Shown here: positions 9,272 through 19,699 of the stretch, one piece after another
How the letters are laid out: each line of letters starts with the position of its first letter
How positions within the stretch are numbered: position 1 is the stretch's first letter
Assembly (NCBI GenBank): GCA_963666345.1
Contig: OY762721.1
Coordinates: forward strand, 256,001 to 320,000
Direction of reading: 5' to 3'
DNA: 64,000 bases
Source: Desulfatiglandales bacterium
GTDB taxonomy: Bacteria > Desulfobacterota > DSM-4660 > Desulfatiglandales > Desulfatiglandaceae
Position numbers and translations under genes: made by a program
Notes under the pieces: generated by a model
The model's database searches: none
Told to the model about the DNA's origin: nothing
What the model saw: only the letters and a program-made list of their open reading frames with translations

Positions 9272-9367
9272 CTCAACAATAAAGGCCTTAAGGGCTATTT
9301 CAATTTCTCGCCGTGTGTCCGTGCTCATGGATGCAACCCTGTTTTCAGTTCGATTTTTATCCTTTGA

Positions 9368-10160
9368 CTATTTCTTTATTGACTCCATCAAGTGTTTTCC
9401 GGCTGAGGTCAGCCTGTACTTCTGCAAACGGCTAGTGGGTTTGTGCGGAATGGTCATTTCGACTAAACCAGATTTCATTGCCGGCTCCAGGTAAAGGTTG
9501 CGGAAGTTTTCTTCCCCTTTTAGTCCCAGGGCATCCTGCAGTTGTCTCCGGCTCAATTCGCTTCGACAGGCATTTAGAAGCCTTTTGACTTCACCCGTGA
9601 CTTCCAGGGATATTGGAGTATCCTTAGCTTTTTCAAATTCCGGCGTTTTGATGACAATCCGAAAAACATCGCCCGCCAGCAGTTCAGGATCACTACCGCC
9701 ATAGGCTTTGCCGTATTTCATCAGCCTCCGCACACCTGAACCGAGTTCATCCGCCCGCCCGATTTCCCGGAAAAAGAGAGCAATCACCGGGTTTTTGGGA
9801 AAGGGCGAAAAGGTTTCCGGATTGATGAGGCCGAAACCGTGTGACTTGTCACTGTTTTCAGTACGAACCTGCCCGCGCTCAAGGATGAGTTTGGCCGGAA
9901 AAAGGTTCGTGTATTCACGGTGAATCAAAATATTCGATGCCACTTCCCGTAAAATGGTGTCGCGGATACTAATACGCATGTCACCTTCCAGATAAAAAGG
10001 ATCAGGCAGGTGTTTTGCCACAAATGCCATGATGCGCTCATAAGTCTCAATCAAATTGGTGCTGACAAAATCACGATCATCGTACCTGCGGAGATTGATC
10101 TTGCGCAGGATCAGATCGGTACGGTAATGAGGCACAGCATAAAGGATGACCTCATCTTTA
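9368..10160 (-). pseudogene. N-terminally truncated ATP-binding protein (RecG-C/HATPase_c_4-like domain plus C-terminal winged HTH)
   Basis: LREVASNILIHREY, PFPKNPVIALFFREIGRADELGSGV, C-terminal NFRNLYLEPA...MTIPHKPTSRLQKYRLT. The usual N-terminal (AlbA-like) part is missing and the track's first codons derive from the adjacent remnant. Confidence 0.7.
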
Positions 10161-10167
10161 CTTTTCT

Positions 10168-10265
10168 TTAAAAAGCCCTGCTGCTGTCTCCTATCCATCC
10201 TTTGGGGATACCCTCATATCCACATGCACCAGAAATCCGGCCGTAGGCGAGGCTATGCACCGGTA
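10168..10265 (-). pseudogene. Decayed C-terminal remnant, ADP-ribosylglycohydrolase-like (copy 2)
   Basis: TGA...YGRISGACGYEGIPKGWIG (amino acids); 29/32 nt identical to copy 1 (10190-10221 vs 9210-9241). Confidence 0.5.
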
Positions 10266-10856
10266 AGAGGCGAAATTAAAGGGGCCAACGCCCCGTAATG
10301 ATGTCGGTTATCGGTTCAAATGTAGCGGGAGGGTTGAACTCCAGTGTTGTGCCGGGGGCGTTCTCTGCTGCGAGCCTTAAGAGGCATCCTGTGAATCTGG
10401 CTTTTGTGGCAGGCCTGTTCTTTTGCATATTCCGCCAGTGTGAGTCGGAAAAAGGTGCGCAGGGAAATAGAGCTTAAATACAAAATCGTGCAAAAAATGA
10501 GCATATTCATAAAAGATTAAAATTTACAAACATTTTCATAGCAAAACCTAGTCAATAAAGAAAGAATCATATTCAGATATTTTTATGGCCCAAGGCGACC
10601 AGCCGGCAAGACAGTGGAAAATAATCCGGACCTTGATTTCCTAAAAAAACGGGTAAATCACATCCGATCCGGCACAGGTACCTGGAACGCCACCCAGGGA
10701 CGGTTTCCAGGGACCTTTAGGCCCTTGATAAGGTAAAGTTTTTTCCAGACTTGGCTTTCACGATCAGGTTCTCTATAATAAGACCTGCAGGGCATCTTTA
10801 AAAAGACCCGGCATACGGCAGTTAAATCGCGCTTCAGGCCTGGTGGAGAGATAGCC

Positions 10857-11579
10857 GTGGAGGAAAAAAACCACAGTATTGATTCAAAAAAGTGTAAAAA
10901 ACGATTAGGCGTCCTGCAGGTTCTGGGCCTGTTATTGATCTTCACCGTTATTACCTCAGGCATAACCATACTGGTCTTAAAGTTCTATCTTTTCCCGTCA
11001 GAGTTTAAGCCCGTACGCCTCAATCCGCGCGAGGAGCAGGTCTTAAGCTCGAAACTTGAACACCTTGATTCAATGGCAACAGGAGCCGATTCAGCTCAAA
11101 ACCGGACCAGTGGAAAATCATCCCGAAAAGAGTCTTCCGATTCGAGTGTCTCACTTACCCCTGAGCCCTACAGCGAAAAAGGCGCCAAAAGACAGATCAG
11201 TTTCACTGAGAGGGAGCTCAACGCCCTTCTTGCCAATAACACGGATCTTGCCGGAAAACTTGCCATCGACCTGTCCGAGGATCTTATAAGCGCAAAGCTC
11301 ATATTACCTTTGGATGAGGATTTTCCAATATTTGGAGGCAAGACCCTCCGCGTGAGGGCGGGAGTGGTTTTTTCCTTTGATAAGGGCAAGCCCCTGATCA
11401 TGCTCAAGGGCATCACCATAATGGGAGTGCCCCTTCCGAACGCCTGGCTGGGAGGCATTAAGAACGTGGATCTGGTTCAGGAATTCGGCGCTGACAAAGG
11501 TTTCTGGAAGGCCTTTTCAGACGGGGTTGAAGACATAAAGGTGGAGGAAGGTCATCTGAAGTTGAGGCTCAGGGAGTAA
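10857..11579 (+). CDS. Membrane-anchored hypothetical protein
   Basis: 240 aa, single N-terminal hydrophobic helix, GVPLPNAWLGGIKNVDL segment, GTG start with GGAGA RBS. Confidence 0.75.
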   Translation: MEEKNHSIDSKKCKKRLGVLQVLGLLLIFTVITSGITILVLKFYLFPSEFKPVRLNPREEQVLSSKLEHLDSMATGADSAQNRTSGKSSRKESSDSSVSLTPEPYSEKGAKRQISFTERELNALLANNTDLAGKLAIDLSEDLISAKLILPLDEDFPIFGGKTLRVRAGVVFSFDKGKPLIMLKGITIMGVPLPNAWLGGIKNVDLVQEFGADKGFWKAFSDGVEDIKVEEGHLKLRLRE

Positions 11580-11902
11580 GCCGGGCCGCGCGTAAGCAGC
11601 ATACTTTTAATCGATTCCGATACAATCATCCACGACAGCTCTTCTGATAAAGGAACCGAGGCGATTTTCAAGCTCGAACTTTCTCCTTAAAGGACCACTA
11701 TGCCGGTGCGACCTGTGGTAAGCCGCGGTTAACAGGGCTGCAAAACATGGCATAAGAAATACATACGCAACCATGGGAACATTTTCAGATGGAGATTTAC
11801 AGGCCCCTCAAAATTCAAAACCGGAAAAGCAGAGGAGGTTCTTTTATTACAGCTTAATAGAAAACAGGGGAATTTTTCAACCTCAAAAAAAGGAGGTGCG
11901 TC

Positions 11903-12421
11903 ATGAAAAAATTTAAACGCTTTATTATGCTGACCATGGCTATAGGCATTTCAGTAGCCCTTTCAGGCTGCGGGGTCAGCAAAGAGGAGCATGAGAAAAC
12001 AGTCTCCGAGCTGAACAAGGCCAAATCGGACCTGGCTCAGGCCAATGCCAGGATTACAGAGATGGATAAAGAGCTGAGTGAGGCCAAGGCTCAACTAATG
12101 ACCGCCGCAAAGGAGCTCAAAAACGAAGAAAAAAAACCGGTGGCCGTTGAAAAGCCGGTAACAGAAGACACAGGCATGAAGGACAAGCTCGCAGCCCTTA
12201 AGGAAAAAGCCGCCAGCCTTACTGAAAAGGTAAAAGGCCTTACAACTGAAAACAGCCGCCTCAAGGAATTGCTTGAAAAATTAAAAGCCAAGATATCGGA
12301 ATTCAAAGAAAAGCTTGGAGGGATGAAAACCCCTGAAGCTTCTTTACCTGCCAAGGATCTGCAAAGTGAGGAACTTCCGGCCAAAGAGCTGCCTAAGGGC
12401 ATTATGGAAAAGAAGCCCTGA
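11903..12421 (+). CDS. Coiled-coil lipoprotein
   Basis: Lipobox LSGC, heptad-rich K/E sequence, AGGAGG RBS, short LPAK(D/E)L repeats at the C-terminus. Confidence 0.8.
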   Translation: MKKFKRFIMLTMAIGISVALSGCGVSKEEHEKTVSELNKAKSDLAQANARITEMDKELSEAKAQLMTAAKELKNEEKKPVAVEKPVTEDTGMKDKLAALKEKAASLTEKVKGLTTENSRLKELLEKLKAKISEFKEKLGGMKTPEASLPAKDLQSEELPAKELPKGIMEKKP

Positions 12422-12650
12422 TATTTTGCCGGCAGGGCTGTACCAGGGATACGACCCATTTCCCGCCCCAGGAGAATTACATCTGTTAAATATTTTAAGG
12501 GCGGTGAAAGGTACCCGTTCAATAAGGGGAAAGGTTTTTTCATTTTGATTATGTGCGAATTGAACGGCATCTGAAATCGATTCAAATATAAACAGAAAAA
12601 CCAAGGACTCTGGAGGAACAATTTTGAACTTAACCTGAACCAAACAGAAA

Positions 12651-12679
12651 TAGGTTAACCGTTAATACCGGTTAACCTA
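12651..12679 (-). terminator. Hairpin/terminator downstream of tRNA-Leu
   Basis: Perfect 11-bp inverted repeat TAGGTTAACCG/CGGTTAACCTA, followed on the minus strand by TTTCTGTTT. Confidence 0.6.
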
Positions 12680-12689
12680 TTGAATTTTC

Positions 12690-12777
12690 TGGTGCCTAGG
12701 ACGAGAATCGAACTCGTACGGTACTAAGTACCGAGGGATTTTAAGTCCCTTGCGTCTACCAATTCCGCCACCCAGGC
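12690..12777 (-). tRNA. tRNA-Leu (anticodon UAA)
   Basis: GCCTGGGTGGCGGAATTGGTAGACGC AAGGGA CT-TAA-AA TCCCT, long variable arm, GTTCGATTC T-loop, encoded CCA; 88 nt. Confidence 0.97.
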
Positions 12778-13146
12778 ACAAGCCGTATCCAAGGCAATGT
12801 CCGCTGCGAACAGAAAAGACACTTCATGGATGTTTAAGGTGACAAGCAGTTTAATAGGTAGATCTTTGAGAGTCAAGAATAGATATTCGCCCTTGAGCCT
12901 GTGGTTTTGCCGATGCCGGGTGGTAATCCGTAATCCCGGCTCATTATCGTTTCGGCTCCAAATTTTAAGGCAAAAATCCACGCATTACCGGCATTGAAAA
13001 TCCATTAGGATTACATATGCTTTTCAGTTGAAATTGTTGGCTGTTATCCCATTTTTTCATCTATTAGCCGTTTTTTTTGCCGCTATTTGTTCCATTCTCC
13101 GATTTAATACTTATATTAAGTAATATTCCAAAATTTTTCAGGAGGT

Positions 13147-14478
13147 GTGATGATGACACGAGGAATTTCAAAAGGTGTAATATTTTTTATTGCGGCATTA
13201 TTGTTTTCACTGTTCTCAACCCACAACCTAACGGCAAAAGCCGAGATGCTTTCATTTGACCCTGTAGATCTAAACCCGAAGGTCGAATCAGGAGAATATT
13301 CTCAGATAATCGACACCTTCATGGTAATCTTTGATTCATCAGCCTCCATGAGTAACGCATATTCCGGTATTGCCAAGATTGACATAGCAAAAGAGATAGT
13401 TGCCAGAATGGCGGCCACCATCCCCAGGATAGAGGTCCTTTCAGGCATAAGGACATTCGGAAATAGCCTTACGTTTTCTCCGAAGACCACTCTTGAACTT
13501 GAACTAGCCCAGTTTGATATGGCCGCGTTCAAGGGCGCGGTGAAAGACCTTAAGGCGGCCGGACCAAGCCCTCTTTGCATGGCCTTGGACGAAGCGGGAA
13601 AGGACCTGACCCAAGGAAAAGGCGACATGGCACTGATCGTGATAAGCGATGGTCTGGATATGACCGGAACACCTGTTGCCTCGGCAGAGGCCCTGAAACA
13701 GAAATACGGCACCCGCCTGTGCATCTTTACGGTACTTATAGGTGATAACTGGGACGGCAGACAGGTCATGCGAAAGATATCAAAGGCGGGCCAATGCGGG
13801 TATTTCACCACCGCCGATGAGATCGCCTGCGGAAAGGGAATGGCCGACTTTGTCAAAAACGTATTTTTTGCCGCATCCGGTGACAGGGACGGCGACGGTG
13901 TCATGGACCCGAAGGACAGGTGCCCCGGGACCCCGAAAGGGGTGAGGGTGGATAAAAACGGATGTCCCCCGGACTCCGACGGTGACGGCGTTTATGACTA
14001 CCTGGATGCCTGCCCTGGCACACCAATGGGAATAAAGGTGGATGAAAAAGGATGTCCTCTTGACTCCGACGGTGACGGCGTATGGGACAGCCGTGACAAG
14101 TGCCCGGGAACATACAAGGGTGCCAAGGTAAACGAGATGGGCTGCTGGGTAATCGAAGGGGTGAATTTCGATACCGCCAAATGGGATATCAAGCCGAGCT
14201 TCTATCCCGGACTGGATGATATCGTAGAAGTCCTCAACAAGAACCCCTCCCTTAAACTGGAAGTGCAGGGGCATACCGATAATGTCGGGACCAAGGCCTA
14301 CAACCAGGGCCTGTCTCAGAAAAGGGCCGAATCGGTAGTGGACTACCTGGCGCAGAAGGGCATTGATAAGGCAAGGCTTACATCGGTGGGTTACGGTCTT
14401 ACCAGGCCGATGGCGGATAATTCAACCGAACAGGGTCGGGCCCAAAACAGAAGGGTCCAGCTGTCACCCATCTACTAA
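13147..14478 (+). CDS. OmpA-family protein with VWA domain and TSP3-like Ca-binding repeats
   Basis: Signal peptide, MIDAS motif DSSAS and SDG, three DxDGDGV-x-D-x-x-D-x-CPGT repeats, OmpA C-domain (GHTD, NQGLSQKRA, NRRV). Confidence 0.9.
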   Translation: MMMTRGISKGVIFFIAALLFSLFSTHNLTAKAEMLSFDPVDLNPKVESGEYSQIIDTFMVIFDSSASMSNAYSGIAKIDIAKEIVARMAATIPRIEVLSGIRTFGNSLTFSPKTTLELELAQFDMAAFKGAVKDLKAAGPSPLCMALDEAGKDLTQGKGDMALIVISDGLDMTGTPVASAEALKQKYGTRLCIFTVLIGDNWDGRQVMRKISKAGQCGYFTTADEIACGKGMADFVKNVFFAASGDRDGDGVMDPKDRCPGTPKGVRVDKNGCPPDSDGDGVYDYLDACPGTPMGIKVDEKGCPLDSDGDGVWDSRDKCPGTYKGAKVNEMGCWVIEGVNFDTAKWDIKPSFYPGLDDIVEVLNKNPSLKLEVQGHTDNVGTKAYNQGLSQKRAESVVDYLAQKGIDKARLTSVGYGLTRPMADNSTEQGRAQNRRVQLSPIY

Positions 14479-14506
14479 AAGTCCGCTTTAACGACTCCTC
14501 ATCCTT

Positions 14507-14532
14507 CGAGGAAGGCGCTTGCGCCTTCCTCG
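14507..14532. repeat. GC-rich intergenic inverted repeat
   Basis: CGAGGAAGGCGC-TT-GCGCCTTCCTCG between two co-oriented genes; no U-tract. Confidence 0.6.
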
Positions 14533-14559
14533 CTTACTATCTGATTCCGGGAGGAAACC

Positions 14560-15297
14560 ATGCAATCCAAAAGATGTCTTGCAGCGGTAATGCTTGCCGC
14601 TTTGGTTTCATTAAGCGTCCCCTTTTCAGCCTCAGCCGGGTTCGGCGATATCCTCAAGGGGGCCAAGGAAAAATTTATGGGGGGCCAGGGAGCTCTTTCC
14701 GAAGGCACCATTATTGACGGTCTTAAGGAGGCCCTTCAAATAGGCTCGGAAAACGCAGTGGCATTTGTTTCAAAGGCCGACGGTTATTACAATAACCCCA
14801 GGATAAAGATACCTCTTCCCGACGCGGTTAAAAAGGTTGAAAAAATACTGAGGGGCGTCGGTTACGGCCCCAAGATCGACGCATTCGAGCTGAGCATGAA
14901 CAGGGCTGCCGAAAAGGCCGCACCCGAGGCCAAGGCCATGTTCTGGGATACCATAAAGGGGATGTCTTTTTCAGACGCGCGAAAGATCCTTGACGGCAGG
15001 GAAAATGAGGCGACCCTATATTTCAAGGACAAGACCCACTCCGGATTGTTCGAGAAGTTTAAACCAATCGTTCATGACGTAATGTCCTCGGTGGGTGTAA
15101 CAAAAAGGTATCAGGAACTTGACGCGAAGGTCAGGACCATACCCTTTACCGATTCTCTAAGCTTTGACCTGGATAAATATGTGACGGACGGCGCGCTGGA
15201 CGGGCTGTTTCTGATGCTGGCGGAGGAGGAAAAAAAGATCCGGCAGAATCCTGCGGCCCGCGTCACTGATCTGCTTAAAAAGGTGTTTGCTAAGTAG
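14560..15297 (+). CDS. DUF4197 family exported protein
   Basis: GLKEAL, KIPLP, SMNRAAEKAAP, DARKIL, ALDGLF-x5-EE-x-KIR-x-NPAAR-x-TDLLKKVF. Confidence 0.88.
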   Translation: MQSKRCLAAVMLAALVSLSVPFSASAGFGDILKGAKEKFMGGQGALSEGTIIDGLKEALQIGSENAVAFVSKADGYYNNPRIKIPLPDAVKKVEKILRGVGYGPKIDAFELSMNRAAEKAAPEAKAMFWDTIKGMSFSDARKILDGRENEATLYFKDKTHSGLFEKFKPIVHDVMSSVGVTKRYQELDAKVRTIPFTDSLSFDLDKYVTDGALDGLFLMLAEEEKKIRQNPAARVTDLLKKVFAK

Positions 15298-15299
15298 GT

Positions 15300-16997
15300 T
15301 TATTCATAGTCCCTGAGCGCTCTTAGACCGTGATTCATCGATTTTACCACCGCAAGTACCGTGAGCGCGAACGCGGCCGTAAAGGATGCGATTATGTATA
15401 TCCAGCGCCAGGAGGATATGGCTGCGTCATTAAACCGGGACATAAAGAGCACGTACACGGGGCCTGCCTCAAGCACTATCAGTGCGACTATATAAAGGGC
15501 GCTTAACATCATATACACAAGGCCGCCGAAACTGGTAGACACCTGTGAAATGTTCTCGTGCCTGAAACGGGGGTAGACCGCGCCAAGCCCGACACCCATG
15601 GCCGTTATTGCGAAGACCGCGAAAAACATGGTAACGGATGAAAGGATCATCATGAATCCGGTTACCTCAAGCAGGTAATTGGTGCACACGATCAAAAACT
15701 CCATCAATATCATTACAGGGAAGACAAAGAAGAAAAATTTCCCCCACAGGTAGCGCTTGAGCCCAATGGGAGATGCCTGGATTATCCAGTAAGACTCCCC
15801 TTCCGCACTCACCGCCGTAAATATGAAACGGGCCGATATGGCTGAAAGCACTAGCCCTGCCAGCCCCATATTGAGAAACCCGAGAAGGTTCTGCAAAAAA
15901 TCGACCCTGAAAAAACTCTTTTCAATAGGCAACACGCTGAAGTTATAGAGATAAACGACTACCAGGGCCACCAGCAGAAGGAGTTGAGACCACTGGGTAT
16001 TGTCCCTGAAAAAGGTCCTTACATCCTTCTCCAGCACGGCCCCCACATCCTGACTGAAGGGCTTTTTTATAAGGCCTGCCGCGATATCCAGGAGCCTTCC
16101 GGAACCCGCCATCCTGCTTTTTGCCTCCTGGGATTTTGAAAAACCCTGAAAATAGACCGCGCCTGCGACCCAGATATCTATTACCAGGAGGGAGGCGGCC
16201 GTAGTCCACATGAGAAGGATCTCAAAGACGTGCCCTTTTTCCGAAGAGGGCATGAGCGCGCCCCAGAGGGTCTCGGTTATCCATTGGCTGGGAAGATAGG
16301 GTGACTGGGGGGCCTTGAGCGCATCCATGTACTGCATGACGGTAAAAAAGGATTCAGGGTTCACGAGCCTTTCAGGCCTCATGAATCGGAACATGAAATA
16401 GAGCGCTATAATCATTATTACGGAAAGAAGCAGAATCAGGTCTCTTGTCCTTCGGGCAGGGAATATATACACCAGAAGCATCGTAATGAAAATGCCGATG
16501 GATCCGGCGATCAAGGCCATTGCCAGGCTCATGTGAAAAAGCGCAAAATAAAATCCCGGCCCCGGCCTGTACACATAGCCGTAGGCCAGAAGGATCGGCA
16601 GGCCGAAAATAATGAGCATCCAGGAGCTGTCCATGAATGTGTAAATGGAACGGGAGACGAAAAGTTCCTGAAGGCCCACAGGCGTTGAATGGCACAGTTC
16701 AAGGTCTTTTGAAAGATAGAGATTTGAAAGCGCCGTTATAATGTGGCTGAATAGGAGGAGAGAAAAAAAGACCAGAAAAACCATGCCCAGAAGATGCCTT
16801 GCCAGCAGATTCCCGATATCTTCAACAGACTGAAAATATATCAGCACACGGCAGGAAAGAAGGAAGCTCAGGCCGCAAAACCCGGATCCGAGAAGGCCCA
16901 TGAACAGCACGCGTCTGTTTTTTGTCCTTCCTGAGAACCTGAGCCTGTTGATAAAAGACATGAATCCGGGTCTAATAAGAAGAAGGAGATCTTTCAT
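15300..16997 (-). CDS. Putative ABC transporter permease
   Basis: Polytopic membrane protein directly downstream of an ABC ATPase; KDVRTFFRD..QWSQ segment. Confidence 0.8.
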   Translation of the reverse strand: MKDLLLLIRPGFMSFINRLRFSGRTKNRRVLFMGLLGSGFCGLSFLLSCRVLIYFQSVEDIGNLLARHLLGMVFLVFFSLLLFSHIITALSNLYLSKDLELCHSTPVGLQELFVSRSIYTFMDSSWMLIIFGLPILLAYGYVYRPGPGFYFALFHMSLAMALIAGSIGIFITMLLVYIFPARRTRDLILLLSVIMIIALYFMFRFMRPERLVNPESFFTVMQYMDALKAPQSPYLPSQWITETLWGALMPSSEKGHVFEILLMWTTAASLLVIDIWVAGAVYFQGFSKSQEAKSRMAGSGRLLDIAAGLIKKPFSQDVGAVLEKDVRTFFRDNTQWSQLLLLVALVVVYLYNFSVLPIEKSFFRVDFLQNLLGFLNMGLAGLVLSAISARFIFTAVSAEGESYWIIQASPIGLKRYLWGKFFFFVFPVMILMEFLIVCTNYLLEVTGFMMILSSVTMFFAVFAITAMGVGLGAVYPRFRHENISQVSTSFGGLVYMMLSALYIVALIVLEAGPVYVLFMSRFNDAAISSWRWIYIIASFTAAFALTVLAVVKSMNHGLRALRDYE

Positions 16998-17007
16998 GAG
17001 CAATACC

Positions 17008-17733
17008 TCATCCTTCGGTCAGTTTCAGGAAGATAGCCTCCAGATTTCCCTCTTCCCCCGCCTGTCTTTTCAGGTCCCCGGCACTTCCCCTGGCGATTAT
17101 CTTTCCTTTCCGGATAATGGCGATGTCGTCGCATACCTCCTCAGCCACCTCGAGTGAGTGAGTCGACATGAAGATCGTGGTTCCCTTCCCCGCCTCCTGT
17201 CTGAAGATATCCTTGACAAGCCTTGCGCCTCTGGGGTCAAGCCCGACCATCGGTTCATCCACTATGAGCAGATCAGGGCGGTGTATCAGGGCCGAGCACA
17301 TCACGAGCCTCTGCTTCATTCCGTGAGAATAGCCTTCCACAAGCTCGTTTTTCCAGCCGGTAAGATCGAATGTGTCAAGCAGCAGGCCGATCCTTTCTTC
17401 TATAAAGGAGTTGTTTACTCCATATAGCCCGGCGATAAAATGAAGGAAATCAAGACCAGTGAGTTTTTCATACACAAAGGGCCTGTCAGGGATAAAACCG
17501 ACACATCTTTTGACCTGTGAAGGCATTTCGGCCAGATCCATCCCGTTTATTATTATCCTTCCCTCACTCGGCATCAAGACCCCAGCCATCATCTTGATCG
17601 TGGTGGTCTTTCCCGCCCCGTTGGGACCAAGAAACCCGAAGATGGTCCCCTTTTTTATGTCAAGATCTATCCCGTCAACAGCCCTGAGGCCCTTGAAGTC
17701 CTTTGAGAGTTTTTTCAACCGTATCATTTCCAT
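17008..17733 (-). CDS. ABC transporter ATP-binding protein
   Basis: Walker A GPNGAGKTT, signature YSHGMKQR, Walker B LIVDEP, H-loop STH. Confidence 0.95.
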   Translation of the reverse strand: MEMIRLKKLSKDFKGLRAVDGIDLDIKKGTIFGFLGPNGAGKTTTIKMMAGVLMPSEGRIIINGMDLAEMPSQVKRCVGFIPDRPFVYEKLTGLDFLHFIAGLYGVNNSFIEERIGLLLDTFDLTGWKNELVEGYSHGMKQRLVMCSALIHRPDLLIVDEPMVGLDPRGARLVKDIFRQEAGKGTTIFMSTHSLEVAEEVCDDIAIIRKGKIIARGSAGDLKRQAGEEGNLEAIFLKLTEG

Positions 17734-17809
17734 ATGAACCCCGCAGTCAATGCGCCCGATCTTTCAGGGCAAAAGAAAACCCTTTCTTTTACACAGGGAT
17801 GTTGTCGAT

Positions 17810-19315
17810 TCAATAACCGTATTCGACTACCTTTAAAGAAAGCTTGCCTATAACCCCGATCAGCTTTGCATGTTCTTCCAGCCCGCCTTGGATCAGTTTT
17901 ATATGAGTCGCGTCCGCGGGCATCTGGTTCATGGTGGCGTCCATTGAAATCCATGCACCCACATAACACTCGTTCCACGCGTGATAGAAAAATTTTTCCC
18001 TTGCATACACGATTCCCACACAAAGCCGGGACGGGATCCCCGCGGCCCTTAAAAGGGCACCCAAGAGAACCGCATGTTCGTTGCAGTCCCCTGTCATTGT
18101 CCGTATGACATCTGAGGCGCTCGGTACCGATACAAGAGGTCTTTTTTCCATGTTGGCGTGGACCCATTTCATCAGCCTTGACGATACGGTTATCGGATCA
18201 TCTGATTTTCCAGCTATCTCCAAAGCCTTTTTGACCACAAGCGGATCATCGCTCTCCATGTTCATCTCAGGGGCAAGGAACCGCTTCATACCGTCTTCAT
18301 GCCCCTCAAACGGTATCCTGAAAGAAGCCGCAGCCGGGATCTCCTCTTTTCTTATCTCAAGTATCCCCCCCTTATAGACCTGTCTTCCGCGGTTCAGCAT
18401 GATCGGATCAAAATCTGCACTATCCGCCCCTTCCACTTCAAGCCTGAGAAAACTTGTCTTCTCCGCACTCCTGAGCCTTCCTTTCAATCCTACGGCGGCC
18501 AGCTCGTAGAAATCATCTCCTCCACGCTTGTCTATGTCAAAGGGGGCACTTGCGCCGCTTGATCTCACAAGGGTAAGCCCCATAAACCCCTCCTCTTTAA
18601 GTACCCGGCCCTGTTTATCGACCCAGAACGTCACGGCCTGACCGTACAGATTGCTTTCAAGCCTGAAGGCATCGTACCCGATGCGGTTGATAACGACCTG
18701 TTCTTTTGCCGCAACCCTTATCTCCATTTTCCTGTTTGACATGGTGGAGGGATCAAAAATCGGAAACAGGAACCGGCGTCCCAGAAGTATCTTTTCCCCC
18801 CTTAGGAAATACCCGATTCCGGCGGCCAGCATAGGAGGCTCATCCACGGGGATACTGACCTTTCTGCTCCTTTCCCCCCGGCCGATCTCGATATCAAGCG
18901 CCTCCGACCCGACACTTCCAGATACCAGAAAATCGACCACCCCGGAGCTTACCGTGAAACGGAAATTCTTGACTCGAAAACCCCTATCAACCACTGATCT
19001 TGTCACGGTCCTGAGATTGTTCGTCTGCCCCATGAGGTTCAGCTTCAAAAATATCTCCTCCTGAATCAGATAGTCCTTTTCAAGTGCCGTGGCCTGACTC
19101 ATTGAATATCCCACCTTTTTACCCTTCAGATATATCTCCATCCACTCTCTTTCTGAAGATATCTCCGGCAGGGACTCCCCTGCCTCAAGCCGAGGAGCAT
19201 CGGGGGGCCGGCTGAACCCGGTCTTCTGGATCAGTACGCCCAGAAGCACTATCCACAGGGCGACTATGGACAAGCCTAATATATTGAATACATGCCTTCC
19301 CCTTATCTTTCCCAT
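17810..19315 (-). CDS. Membrane-anchored transglutaminase-like domain protein
   Basis: N-terminal TM helix; catalytic motifs GDCNEHA, YHAWNE, WISMDAT. Start taken at Met 19315. Confidence 0.88.
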   Translation of the reverse strand: MGKIRGRHVFNILGLSIVALWIVLLGVLIQKTGFSRPPDAPRLEAGESLPEISSEREWMEIYLKGKKVGYSMSQATALEKDYLIQEEIFLKLNLMGQTNNLRTVTRSVVDRGFRVKNFRFTVSSGVVDFLVSGSVGSEALDIEIGRGERSRKVSIPVDEPPMLAAGIGYFLRGEKILLGRRFLFPIFDPSTMSNRKMEIRVAAKEQVVINRIGYDAFRLESNLYGQAVTFWVDKQGRVLKEEGFMGLTLVRSSGASAPFDIDKRGGDDFYELAAVGLKGRLRSAEKTSFLRLEVEGADSADFDPIMLNRGRQVYKGGILEIRKEEIPAAASFRIPFEGHEDGMKRFLAPEMNMESDDPLVVKKALEIAGKSDDPITVSSRLMKWVHANMEKRPLVSVPSASDVIRTMTGDCNEHAVLLGALLRAAGIPSRLCVGIVYAREKFFYHAWNECYVGAWISMDATMNQMPADATHIKLIQGGLEEHAKLIGVIGKLSLKVVEYGY

Positions 19316-19699
19316 GCCTTTAATTTCCCCTGTTTTAACATCGAGATACAGACACCCGGCCTTCGGCTTTAGGCAAATCGGACCAGGCACGAATGTTTCG
19401 GCTTTCTGCTGAAACCTGCCGGCGCCATCAAGAAACAGGCCGTTTCCGGATTGACGATATCCTGATATATTAACAACGGTTAAACGTATTCACAAGACCG
19501 TGTGCAGCATTTTGAGCAAAGCCCCCGGGTCTCCCCGACGCAGGCATAGCCGTTCTTTTCAGGCCCGGCTTGAAAAGCCGGGTTTTCCATAATAAAATAA
19601 GATAGGGATCTGTTTTTGCTGCCGGTTGAACATGGGGCGGTTTCTGGTTTAAACCGTGATTCGGGGAAGGTATATTTTTCTCGTATATCCGGCTGGTTG

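Noticed and set aside
6200..12690. Intact prophage or integrative element at tRNA-Leu
   Set aside because: No integrase, phage genes or duplicated tRNA 3' end (att) were found by eye.
12724..12997. Track ORFs overlapping or next to the tRNA
   Set aside because: One overlaps tRNA-Leu and the other lies in its upstream region; neither has protein motifs.
13880..14110. 90-nt periodic repeats (GACTCCGACGGTGACGGCGT) as a CRISPR-like array
   Set aside because: They are in-frame coding repeats (DxDGDGV, TSP3-like) of the OmpA-family protein; no cas genes are present.
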